This document shows, piece by piece, positions 49,859-58,485 of a stretch of DNA of 64,000 nt. Below the pieces are notes generated by a model that had not been told where the DNA came from, did no database searches, and saw only the letters and a list, made by a program, of their open reading frames with translations. Made by a program: the position numbers and the translations under genes. This stretch comes from an uncultured Clostridia bacterium (GTDB lineage: Bacteria > Bacillota > Clostridia > Christensenellales > UBA1242), in the NCBI GenBank assembly GCA_945928645.1, contig CAMENR010000003.1:40-64039 (forward strand), in the 5' to 3' direction. The first letter of the stretch is position 1, and each line of letters starts with the position of its first letter.

Positions 49859-50104
49859 AATTTACTCCTTAGTATTATTTCACTACTTCGCAAAAATATT
49901 TCGAATAACAGAGTTTTTGTAGAACAAGTTGATTACATAAGAAAAAGAAAAGTTTTACAGCATTCCAAGTTAAGCCCTTTCCAACTTTTGCTATTATTCT
50001 ATACAGCAATTCACACAGCGAGATTTTTATAAAAAAAATCAATTAAAATCAGTCATCTATGATAATCGCCAATTCTCAATAAACAAGCCACTTCTACGTT
50101 ATTT

Positions 50105-50134
50105 ATTATATCATACAACACCACTATATAACAA
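50105..50134 (-). promoter_or_regulatory. Candidate promoter for the giant gene
   Basis: Minus strand reads TTGTTA(50129-50134)-N18-TGaTATAAT(50105-50113). It would give a ~240-nt 5' UTR. Other weaker candidates exist. Confidence 0.3.
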
Positions 50135-50243
50135 ACAAATATAACAAATTTTTACAATTTTTTTAATGTATTTTTACCTCATTTTACTTGACATTTTTCA
50201 AGAATTTTTTTTACATTTTTTGTGCTCTCTTTTGCGCAAAAAG

Positions 50244-50353
50244 TTAACCACAAACGGTGGATAACCTAAAACAAATTTTAATAAAAAAATCATCAATTCA
50301 CACTACTTACCCACAAACAAAGAAAAAATTTAATAAATTTTCATTTATGCACA
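50244..50353. promoter_or_regulatory. Cluster of four one-mismatch DnaA-box-like 9-mers in an AT-rich intergenic region
   Basis: TTAACCACA 50244-50252, GGTGGATAA (= TTATCCACC on the minus strand) 50256-50264, TTACCCACA 50307-50315, TTATGCACA 50345-50353. Confidence 0.35.
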
Positions 50354-50875
50354 AATCAACATAAGCATCTATTTAGAATTATTCCGACTACTAATTTTAA
50401 TAAAAAAATCAAATAATTATATTTTTTTCAAAGTAAAGCGAATTGATATTCCTATAAAAATTTAACGTTTTGCAAAAAGACCTTTTATGCTTTTCTTTGT
50501 GTAAGAAAATTTGTTTGAAATTCCATATTATAATCTTAAGTTGTTTTGAATATTCGACCAGCAATTCGGAGTTTTTAATTGAAATATTATTGAATATTTC
50601 AGAACACAATAATGTAATACTTCTTATTTATGACTTATTGGTCGGAAAATATATTCCACTGTTTATGCGATTTCTAGCGATTCAAAAAATAGTTGCATAT
50701 TTATAACGAACAAATAGTTTTATATAGGGCTTTTGCTTCTAGTGGCAATTTTTTTCATAACAAGTTGAAAGAGTGTTTAGAGCTTGTTTATATCTAATCT
50801 TTACAATCAAATAAAGAAAATTGATTTGTCAATACCTATTATAAAATAGTTGTGTATTTTTAGTCATTTTGCACA

Positions 50876-50904
50876 TTGTAATTTTTGTGTATTAGTGCTA
50901 AAAT
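50876..50904 (+). promoter_or_regulatory. Candidate extended -10 promoter for the 50930 gene
   Basis: TTGTAA(50876-50881)-N17 (including TG)-TAAAAT(50899-50904). Confidence 0.45.
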
Positions 50905-50929
50905 TTATATAAATAAGGGGAGAGGGAAA

Positions 50930-51316
50930 ATGAATAATAAAATAAATTATATGGATTTTGTGGATAAAAAAATCGCCATACTACAAAATCACATCAACAA
51001 ATATACAAAAATGGGTGGTAAACTTGAATATCTAAATATAGACAATCCACAGTTGTATGAAGAATGCAAACATGCCATAAGCCTAATAAGAAAATATTAT
51101 GGTATATACATTAGGTCTGTAAGACACCTATTGAGTATGCTCGGATATTATTATTCTGCCTCTGATTATGTCTTTGATATAGAAGATTTTGATAGTCATG
51201 AAGAATGTTATAAACGAGATATTATGGACAGTTATTACGAGTATCTTGAAAGCAAAGACTTGTCTGATGGAGACAACTATCCATATCTTAGCGACGATAG
51301 TTTTTACCTTAGATAA
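50930..51316 (+). CDS. Hypothetical acidic, Tyr-rich protein (128 aa)
   Basis: GGGGAGAGGG RBS before the ATG at 50930 (the track ORF starts at a TTG at 50885). I recognise no motif. Confidence 0.6.
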   Translation: MNNKINYMDFVDKKIAILQNHINKYTKMGGKLEYLNIDNPQLYEECKHAISLIRKYYGIYIRSVRHLLSMLGYYYSASDYVFDIEDFDSHEECYKRDIMDSYYEYLESKDLSDGDNYPYLSDDSFYLR

Positions 51317-51693
51317 CTTAGAAATAATTTGTTTTTAGAAGAATAATTACAAGCATTTGTTCTTCTGCCAATAATATTATGTGCAGTTGTGAGAGCGACC
51401 AAAAGTTTACTTTTGAGCATTTGAGCAACAAGCATAATATATTTAGTTTATATTATCGGAGGTTTTGTCTGCAAGCGACGAAGTCATTTGCAAGCAAAAC
51501 TGATGATAATTCAAACTGTGATGACGCAATTTATTGTGATTTTATGTTATGTTTCTAAAAGCCTATCTCTGCCCTATTTTCCCCTCCATTGCTTTTGTAT
51601 GTTGCTTTACATTTTTCTCTTGCAACAACCCTAACATGTTAAAAAAGATAATCCACAAACTACTGATAAATAGCAACATTTGTAAAATATAAA

Positions 51694-51729
51694 TAAAAAA
51701 AAATGACATGAAATTATCATGTCTTTTTT
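51694..51729. terminator. Bidirectional terminator overlapping the TGA stop of the 51717 gene
   Basis: aaaaaaaaaatGACATGaaattatCATGTCtttttt. Confidence 0.6.
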
Positions 51730-52361
51730 ATCATCTTTTTTGTTGTAAAAAATGAAAATAAAATTATAATTGTCAATATTCCAAAACTTGAAATTGCAGA
51801 CAGTAATAGCATATCGTCAGTCATTCCGCCTTTGACCATAATCAAAATATGTTGAAGTGATAAAATGGAAGTCAGCGCATCAATAATGGACAATTCTCTC
51901 AAAAAAGTATAAGTCAGATTGCCCATTTTTTTCGTTTTGTTATAATTGACAATCGCCATTATAATTTTGTATGTTGTATGAGTTGCAAATGCTATTGCAG
52001 GGATTATGCCAAAAGAAACTTCTTTGGGACTAACAACCATCAATGTAATGGGAACAAAAAGACAAATGTCAATAAAAAATATAAATATCGACAATCCAAT
52101 ATAAGTTTTTCGCCTGATTATATTTCTATAATCTTCCTCATTCCCTTTTAACTTTTTCTCTACATTCAAACATATTGTTCTGGCAACTGTTAGACAAAGA
52201 TAATAGATAGCTATACTTATTCCCCAAACATCACAAAACCTCAAACCCAAATAACCATTATACAGGGCAAATAACAAGGTTGTAATTGAAGATAGCAATG
52301 CAGTAAGAAGAATTCTGTGTTCGCTCTTAAAAAAGCGATTATATGCTTCCCTTATCTTCAT
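51717..52361 (-). CDS. Hypothetical 6-TM membrane protein (third gene of the TetR operon)
   Basis: Start at 52361 (MKIREAYNRFF...) follows GGAGAAAAGCG. The track ORF extends to 52388. It overlaps the TetR stop by 23 nt. Confidence 0.7.
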   Translation of the reverse strand: MKIREAYNRFFKSEHRILLTALLSSITTLLFALYNGYLGLRFCDVWGISIAIYYLCLTVARTICLNVEKKLKGNEEDYRNIIRRKTYIGLSIFIFFIDICLFVPITLMVVSPKEVSFGIIPAIAFATHTTYKIIMAIVNYNKTKKMGNLTYTFLRELSIIDALTSILSLQHILIMVKGGMTDDMLLLSAISSFGILTIIILFSFFTTKKMIKKT

Positions 52362-52953
52362 CGCTTTTCTCCAATTTTGGTCTAACACAATCCATAACTA
52401 TTCTCTCTATATAAGAAATTTCTTCCATACAGCCACCTTTTATCCATTCGTTTATTATTGCTGTAACACCATTGAGATAATATGAAATCATATAACACCC
52501 TGTTTTCTCATCGACACCAAATCTACTGAATATAGGCTGAAAAATATGTTTGTTAAGCAAGTTAAATCTCTCGATAGAATTCATAATTTTGGTGTGTTTT
52601 ACTGCAACTTGGTGGACAATTTTATTTTCTTTTATAAATTTCAAATAAGGAGTGAGATATTCGGGTGTTATCAAAATCAAGTCTTCGCTGGAACAATTTT
52701 TAATTTTTTCAATAAACTCTTTAGAGTTTTTGTCAAAATATTTAATAAATTTTTTATTTATATTATCCAAACACTCCTCAAGCAAATCATTTATTGATTC
52801 GTAGTGGAGGTAAAATGTAGAACGATTTACCCCTGCTTTTTTGCAAATATCTTTAACTGTAATAAACTCAAACTCCTTTTTATTTAGCAGTTCAATAAAG
52901 GCTTGATTCATCAAAAGAGCAGTATTATAATACTTACTTTCTGATTTGTTCAT
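52339..52953 (-). CDS. TetR/AcrR family transcriptional regulator
   Basis: FITVKDICKKAGVNRSTFYLHYESINDLLEE is a canonical TetR HTH. AGGAGG RBS. Confidence 0.9.
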   Translation of the reverse strand: MNKSESKYYNTALLMNQAFIELLNKKEFEFITVKDICKKAGVNRSTFYLHYESINDLLEECLDNINKKFIKYFDKNSKEFIEKIKNCSSEDLILITPEYLTPYLKFIKENKIVHQVAVKHTKIMNSIERFNLLNKHIFQPIFSRFGVDEKTGCYMISYYLNGVTAIINEWIKGGCMEEISYIERIVMDCVRPKLEKSDEDKGSI

Positions 52954-52968
52954 AATACTGCCTCCTTT

Positions 52969-53322
52969 TTATTCTTCTTCGCTTATTTCTTTGGCAAGAC
53001 GAAGAATATCCGTTGCATATTTTTTCTTTCCATTTTCTCTAAGTTTTTTATAAATTGGATAGTTTATTCCACAACCTATCAATCCAAGCACTCCCACTAC
53101 AATGCCACCAACAAACCCCCAAACTCCTGAACCAATAACACTCATAGAAAGACACATTCCTGTCCCCAACACTAGAGCGCTGGCGATGCCAAAAGTATAA
53201 GCAAAAATATTGGCTGTATTCTTCGCCTTTGCATCTAATTTTTTTAATTGCTTAACCTTTGTAGTTTCCTTTACCGAGTATTCGTTTGCAATTTGTTCTG
53301 CATAAAATTTATCTGTATTCAT
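52969..53322 (-). CDS. Small two-TM membrane protein (first gene of the TetR operon)
   Basis: AAGGAGG RBS before MNTDKFYAEQIANEY.... A Gly-rich TM hairpin (GIASALVLGTGMCLSMSVIGSGVWGFVGGIVVGVLGLIGCG). Confidence 0.7.
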   Translation of the reverse strand: MNTDKFYAEQIANEYSVKETTKVKQLKKLDAKAKNTANIFAYTFGIASALVLGTGMCLSMSVIGSGVWGFVGGIVVGVLGLIGCGINYPIYKKLRENGKKKYATDILRLAKEISEEE

Positions 53323-53383
53323 CTTTTCCTCCTTTATGATACACACAAATTATACATAAAAATTTTGCAAAACTGAACAACAC

Positions 53384-53428
53384 AAAAGCCCTTTTATGTT
53401 GATTTCTAACAACACAAAAGGGCATTTT
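53384..53428 (-). terminator. Putative terminator after tex
   Basis: GCCCTTTT ... AAAAGGGC 8-bp stem with a 20-nt loop, and T-rich after it on the minus strand. Confidence 0.45.
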
Positions 53429-53470
53429 ATTTTGATTTTAGATTCTCAAATATTAGCGACTTAATCAATA

Positions 53471-55654
53471 TTATTCATTTATAACTCGCACTTCATCTTG
53501 GTCTTCTGTCGCTTTGCGAATGGAAAGCCCTATCCTTTGCTTTTGCAAATCAATCGAGATAACCTTAACTTTAACTACTTGACCAACTGTGAGTTCTTCA
53601 CTTGGGTGCTTGATATATCTATCACACACTTCGGATATATGCACAAGGCCGTCTTGATGCACTCCAATATCAACAAATGCACCAAAATCAATAACATTTC
53701 TCACTGTGCCCTTCATAATCATACCCACTTTGAGGTCTTCGATGCTCATTACATCACTTCTGAGTTCTGGCTTTGGCAAATCATCACGAATATCTCTACC
53801 TGGTTTTAGAAGTTCTTTGATTATGTCGTCTAGGGTTGGCACACCCACCCCGCATTGTTGTGCTACATTATCTTCTCCCTTTGCACCGACCAATCTTGGC
53901 AAATTTTGGATAGCATCTGTGCCAATATCCTTTTCGCTCATTCCAAAAAGATTTAGCAACTTCTTGGTAGCGTCATATGTTTCTGGGTGAACACCTGTGT
54001 TGTCTAGTATGTTCTTTTCATTTGGGATACGCAAGAAGCCTGCACATTGTTCATATGCTTTTGCTCCTAGTTTTGGAACATTCAAAAGGTCTTTTCTTTC
54101 TACAAATTTGCCATTGGACTTTCTGTATTCCACAATATTTTTTGCTATGCCAGCATTAAGCCCAGACACATGCTCCAGCAGTTTGTAACTTGCTGTATTT
54201 AGGTCCACACCAACGGAGTTGACACAGTCTTCCACCACGCCATCAAGCACAGTAGAGAGCCTTTTTTGTGGCATATCGTGTTGATATTGCCCCACACCAA
54301 TGGATTTTACATCAATTTTGATAAGTTCTGCCAATGGATCTTGCAAACGCCTTGCAATACTCACAGCACTTCTTAATGAAACATCATAGGTTGGAAATTC
54401 TTCTGCCCCAAGTTTTGAGGCACTGTAGACAGATGCCCCTGCTTCGTTGACCACCATATATTCTACCTTGCGAGGTAGTTTTTTGATAAGGTTGCTTACA
54501 AAAATCTCACTTTCCTTGCTGGCAGTCCCGTTGCCTATGGAGATAGCATCGACTTTGTGTTTTAAGATAAGTTCGGTCAATATCTCTTCCGATTTTTCAA
54601 TTTGATTATGTGGTGGTGTTGGATAAATAACTGTTTTGTCAATAACATTGCCATTTGAGTCAATAACAGCCACTTTGCACCCTGTTCTGTATGCTGGGTC
54701 AAGCCCCAAGATAATCTTATCTTTTAGAGGGGGTTGCATAAGCAGTGGTTTTAGATTTACTTCAAACATTTTTATTGCTTGCTCGTTGGCCATATCTGTA
54801 AGATTGTTCCTTAACTCTCTGACCAGAGATGGCAAAATAAGCCTATCAAAACTATCCGCTATTGCATTTTTCATAAAATCCGCAAATGATCCATTCTTTG
54901 CAAGCACTTCGCCTTCTATCAGTTCTATACACTTTTCGTTGTTTGTTTCTACTTCCACTTTTAAACAATCATCTTTTTCGCCACGATTGATTGCCAAAAT
55001 CCTGTGGCTTGGGATTTTGTTTACTGGTTCTTTATAATTTTCGTATGTTTGATAAACTAAATATTTTTCACCTGGCTTAAGTGTAGTAACAATTTGAGCA
55101 GAATCAGCCAAAAATTCTCTCAGCATTTTCCTTATATCTGCATTGTCTGATATCATTTCTGCGATAATATCCGATGCTCCTGCCACTGCTTCCTCTGCAG
55201 TTTTTACACCCTTTTCTTCATTTATATACTCCTTTGCAATCTCCAAAATATCTCTCTTGTCTTTTTGACCAAACAAAATCTCTGCCAATGGTTTAAGACC
55301 TTTTGCCTCTGCCACAGTAGCCCTTGTTTGTCTTTTTGGACGGAATGGCCTATATATATCCTCCAACTCAGTCATAGTAAGAGCCTTGTCTAGTGAAGCC
55401 ATAATTTCTGGAGTCATCTTCTCTTGTTCTGTGATAAGTTTAATTATTTCTTCTTTTCTCTTTTCAAAATTTCTAAGATACTCCAACCTATCAGCAAAAT
55501 CTCTTATCACTTGGTCATCACAACTGCCATGCATTTCCTTTCTGTATCTGGCAATAAATGGCACTGTGCAACCTTCGTCCAATAGAGAAATAAGGTTGTT
55601 TGCGTATTCTTGTTTTATATTAAATTCCAAACTTAATGCTTTTGCAATATCCAT
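53471..55654 (-). CDS. tex: Tex-like transcription accessory protein (YqgF/RuvX-like + HhH + S1 domains)
   Basis: VPFIARYRKE, LGLDPAYRTGCKVAVID, and a C-terminal S1 domain (GMIMKGTVRNVIDFGAFVDIGVHQDGLVHISE). Confidence 0.93.
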   Translation of the reverse strand: MDIAKALSLEFNIKQEYANNLISLLDEGCTVPFIARYRKEMHGSCDDQVIRDFADRLEYLRNFEKRKEEIIKLITEQEKMTPEIMASLDKALTMTELEDIYRPFRPKRQTRATVAEAKGLKPLAEILFGQKDKRDILEIAKEYINEEKGVKTAEEAVAGASDIIAEMISDNADIRKMLREFLADSAQIVTTLKPGEKYLVYQTYENYKEPVNKIPSHRILAINRGEKDDCLKVEVETNNEKCIELIEGEVLAKNGSFADFMKNAIADSFDRLILPSLVRELRNNLTDMANEQAIKMFEVNLKPLLMQPPLKDKIILGLDPAYRTGCKVAVIDSNGNVIDKTVIYPTPPHNQIEKSEEILTELILKHKVDAISIGNGTASKESEIFVSNLIKKLPRKVEYMVVNEAGASVYSASKLGAEEFPTYDVSLRSAVSIARRLQDPLAELIKIDVKSIGVGQYQHDMPQKRLSTVLDGVVEDCVNSVGVDLNTASYKLLEHVSGLNAGIAKNIVEYRKSNGKFVERKDLLNVPKLGAKAYEQCAGFLRIPNEKNILDNTGVHPETYDATKKLLNLFGMSEKDIGTDAIQNLPRLVGAKGEDNVAQQCGVGVPTLDDIIKELLKPGRDIRDDLPKPELRSDVMSIEDLKVGMIMKGTVRNVIDFGAFVDIGVHQDGLVHISEVCDRYIKHPSEELTVGQVVKVKVISIDLQKQRIGLSIRKATEDQDEVRVINE

Positions 55655-55747
55655 AATAAATAATCCTTGTAAAAATTCCTTTGTCTAATGTGTAAAATGC
55701 TATTTGAATAATTTCTAAGAAAACTACTCAAATAGCCATAAATTTTG

Positions 55748-56998
55748 TTAAATCAATTTGATTTTGTGAGATTCGAGATAATATCTCTTTTCTCTTGCTT
55801 CTCCAATGGAGAATGATTTGCGTGGGAGGACACCATGCTTTATAACAAATTCAAATAGTTGAGATTTGTCAAGTGTTGGCAAGGTTAACCCAATGCAATT
55901 GTCCTTTGCACAAATTTCTTGCAAACTATCTAGACCATGTACATAGTCCACTGACATTTCCAGTTGCTCCGTTAGGCAGTTGTCAATGTAGTCTTGCACC
56001 AGTTTTATGGCTAGAGGAGAATTGTTTGGTAGGTCATAAGATTCTGCCTTATTCCCCACAAAAATAGTTTCCTTTTTGCAATTTTCTTCGTCCTTTGGTC
56101 CTTTGTAAAGTCTTTTTAGTCCTTTTACAAAATTGGAATCAGCACCCTTAATTACCCTATATATTGGGCTAAACTCTATGCCTTGGTCGTGAATATTTAC
56201 TGCTTCTACCAACACATAACGAGCTGGATGATTTTCCCTTTCTGCCTCAGAAAGATTTACTTTTATCCTGTTCCAATGTTCTTTGGCTGTTGCCAAGCTA
56301 TGATTGCCATCTCCCACAGCAAACAGAAGTGGAGTTTCCGTATTGAATGTTTCTTTTAGATAATCTTTGTCTAATAATTTATCAAACTGAGAGATAACTT
56401 CGTCAACATTTTTGACCTTCCAGCCAGAAATATGCCCACCACCCATATTTAAGTCAAAATCATATACTTTCTCCAAGTTTTGTCTATTTGCATACAGTGT
56501 TTCCACTATTTTCTGCTTTCTGTCGTCAAACAACAACATAATGTGCGGAAATTCCAAAATAGCATCCCTTCTAATTTCCACTCTTGGTGGGATACGCTCG
56601 ATAATAGTTCCCTCTGTGGCCTTTATTAGTGCAGGGACATCTGACCTAAAATCGTAAGTTTCTAGGTCAACATTCATAACCAGTCCCAATCTGTGTGGAT
56701 GCAAAGAGGTTGACCTATCCACCAAAATCATACATGGGCCAGCATCTTCCACCAAGCCTTTTTCATAGTATGACCTCATATTTTTGTTGATTCTATCAAT
56801 TCTTTCGTGGTTGTCTTTGCCCAGATAAATCTCTGGAAATGTTAGGTCAAGAGTTGTAGGTGCACCCTCCACAAACTTTGACACTTGCTCCCAATAATTT
56901 GGCTCACTGGTAAACTGGTCACAAGCAATCACTGCCCACTTTGAATAATCCAAATGCTTTTTTGGCAAGTAAATGTGTTGTTTTTTGATAACTGACAT
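55748..56998 (-). CDS. DUF1015 family protein
   Basis: WAVIACDQFTSEPNYW..., FAVGDGNHSLATAKEHW, LPRKSFSIGEAREKRYY. GGAGG RBS. Confidence 0.88.
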   Translation of the reverse strand: MSVIKKQHIYLPKKHLDYSKWAVIACDQFTSEPNYWEQVSKFVEGAPTTLDLTFPEIYLGKDNHERIDRINKNMRSYYEKGLVEDAGPCMILVDRSTSLHPHRLGLVMNVDLETYDFRSDVPALIKATEGTIIERIPPRVEIRRDAILEFPHIMLLFDDRKQKIVETLYANRQNLEKVYDFDLNMGGGHISGWKVKNVDEVISQFDKLLDKDYLKETFNTETPLLFAVGDGNHSLATAKEHWNRIKVNLSEAERENHPARYVLVEAVNIHDQGIEFSPIYRVIKGADSNFVKGLKRLYKGPKDEENCKKETIFVGNKAESYDLPNNSPLAIKLVQDYIDNCLTEQLEMSVDYVHGLDSLQEICAKDNCIGLTLPTLDKSQLFEFVIKHGVLPRKSFSIGEAREKRYYLESHKIKLI

Positions 56999-57093
56999 AA
57001 ATTTCCTCCATTAGCAAATAAAATTTGCCTTAATATACTTAATTTTAACATATTACAAAAATTTTGTTAAATTTTTTCACTATATTGAAATTT

Positions 57094-58485
57094 TTATAGT
57101 GAAGTAACAAATTCCTCTGCACAAGAGGTAACCATTTGCATATCTTTTTTGTTTTTGAACTCTCCCATAATTCTCATCACTGGCTCTGTGCCAGAAAATC
57201 TCAACAGCAACCAACTGCCATCTTCAAAATAATACTTGTGCCCATCAAGGTTGCCCACAGAAGCCACCTTTATGCCAAGGTTTGGGATAAACTTTGCAAG
57301 TGCTGTTTCTACCCTTTTTTTGTTGTTAACTTTTACAGCCTTTGCATAGCAAGTCATATTGTAACCTACATGCTTTTTGAAATCTTTAACAATCTCGCTT
57401 AGTGGCATATTTAGGTTGGACACCATCTCCAACAAAAGTAGGTATGTTACTATCCCGTCTTTTGTGTAAACATTGGATGCTAGTTCCAGTCCATTTTCTT
57501 CTGCACCCATATATGCATTGTTTTTGATTAAGGCTTCGCCAATGTTCTTAAAACCAACCTTTGTTTCAAAATAATCTGTGTGAAGCACTTCACAAACGAG
57601 TTTGCCAAGAGAGGAAAAGGCATAATTTGCCACAAAACCACCTACAGCATCTTTTGCCTTTACTGCAAAATAATAAAGCATTGGGGCTATCAAATTGCCA
57701 TTATAATAATTACCCTTTTCGTCAATAACAGCAATCCTATCACCATCTCCGTCTGTTGCAAAGCCAAACGCATAACCTCCTTGCACAACACTTTTTGCAA
57801 AGTCTTTTAGCGATTCTTCCTTTGGATTTGGGGCAGATTTGCCAAACTCTACATCACGACCAGTATTTACAATGTCGCAATCCAATTTTAACTTATCACA
57901 AAGTCTTTCCACAGTTTCCACACTTGACCCTTGCATACAGTTAAATATTGTTTTTATATCTTTCAGCCCTTGTGTCAGTTTTACATTCTTAATCAAGTTA
58001 TCCACATAACTTTCTTGCAATGACTTTCTGCAAAATAGCCCAACTTCTTTTGCTTGGTCTATGGATATAAGTTTAACCCTTTTTTCCCTTAATACAAGAA
58101 AGTTATACTCCTCCTCCAAACAATGTTCCAAATCTCTTCCCTGACTGGAAAAAATCTTTACCCCATTGTAATAATATGGATTGTGGCTAGCAGAAATAAG
58201 CACACTCAAATCATTATCCAATGCCTTGCCTGCAAAACTTACAAGCGGACAAGGGACACTGCTTTCACTCAACACAGCTTTTATTTCGTTGCCAGATAAT
58301 ACTTGACAAAATCTTATGGCGAACTCCTCCGACAAAAATCTGTTGTCATAGCCAACAAAAACTTCTTTCTTAAATCTATGCCTTTTGATAATGTCGCAAG
58401 TTGCTTGGGCAATTTTTTCTACATTTGCAAAAGTAAAATCTTCTGCAATAACACCCCTAAACCCCGACGTGCCAATCTTCATCAT
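57094..58485 (-). CDS. Phosphoglucomutase/phosphomannomutase family (alpha-D-phosphohexomutase)
   Basis: GTSGFRG, the active-site loop ISASHNPYYYNGVKIF, the metal site FATDGDGDR, and the C-terminal RFSGTEP. The ATG at 58485 follows AAGGAG-N9. The track start at 58506 is a TTG. Confidence 0.9.
   Translation of the reverse strand: MMKIGTSGFRGVIAEDFTFANVEKIAQATCDIIKRHRFKKEVFVGYDNRFLSEEFAIRFCQVLSGNEIKAVLSESSVPCPLVSFAGKALDNDLSVLISASHNPYYYNGVKIFSSQGRDLEHCLEEEYNFLVLREKRVKLISIDQAKEVGLFCRKSLQESYVDNLIKNVKLTQGLKDIKTIFNCMQGSSVETVERLCDKLKLDCDIVNTGRDVEFGKSAPNPKEESLKDFAKSVVQGGYAFGFATDGDGDRIAVIDEKGNYYNGNLIAPMLYYFAVKAKDAVGGFVANYAFSSLGKLVCEVLHTDYFETKVGFKNIGEALIKNNAYMGAEENGLELASNVYTKDGIVTYLLLLEMVSNLNMPLSEIVKDFKKHVGYNMTCYAKAVKVNNKKRVETALAKFIPNLGIKVASVGNLDGHKYYFEDGSWLLLRFSGTEPVMRIMGEFKNKKDMQMVTSCAEEFVTSL

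Noticed and set aside
17150-49858. Whether the periodic repeats could be a CRISPR array, a satellite or non-coding tandem DNA, and whether the ~60 track ORFs on other frames are real genes.
   Set aside because: The repeats are in frame, diverged at the nucleotide level, and encode recognisable protein repeats. The alternative-frame ORFs are mirror images or frame-shifted shadows of the main frame, and none has an RBS. Examples are the Pro-rich ...TPPPL... translations at 18207-19085, 20211-21116, 26511-26816 and 34479-34736, which are the antisense of GGT/GGA Gly codons.
50409-50706. Overlapping ORFs 50409..50609(-) and 50470..50706(+) in the giant gene's upstream region.
   Set aside because: They are extremely AT-rich and have no RBS. 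One starts at a TTG, they overlap each other, and their translations are low-complexity.
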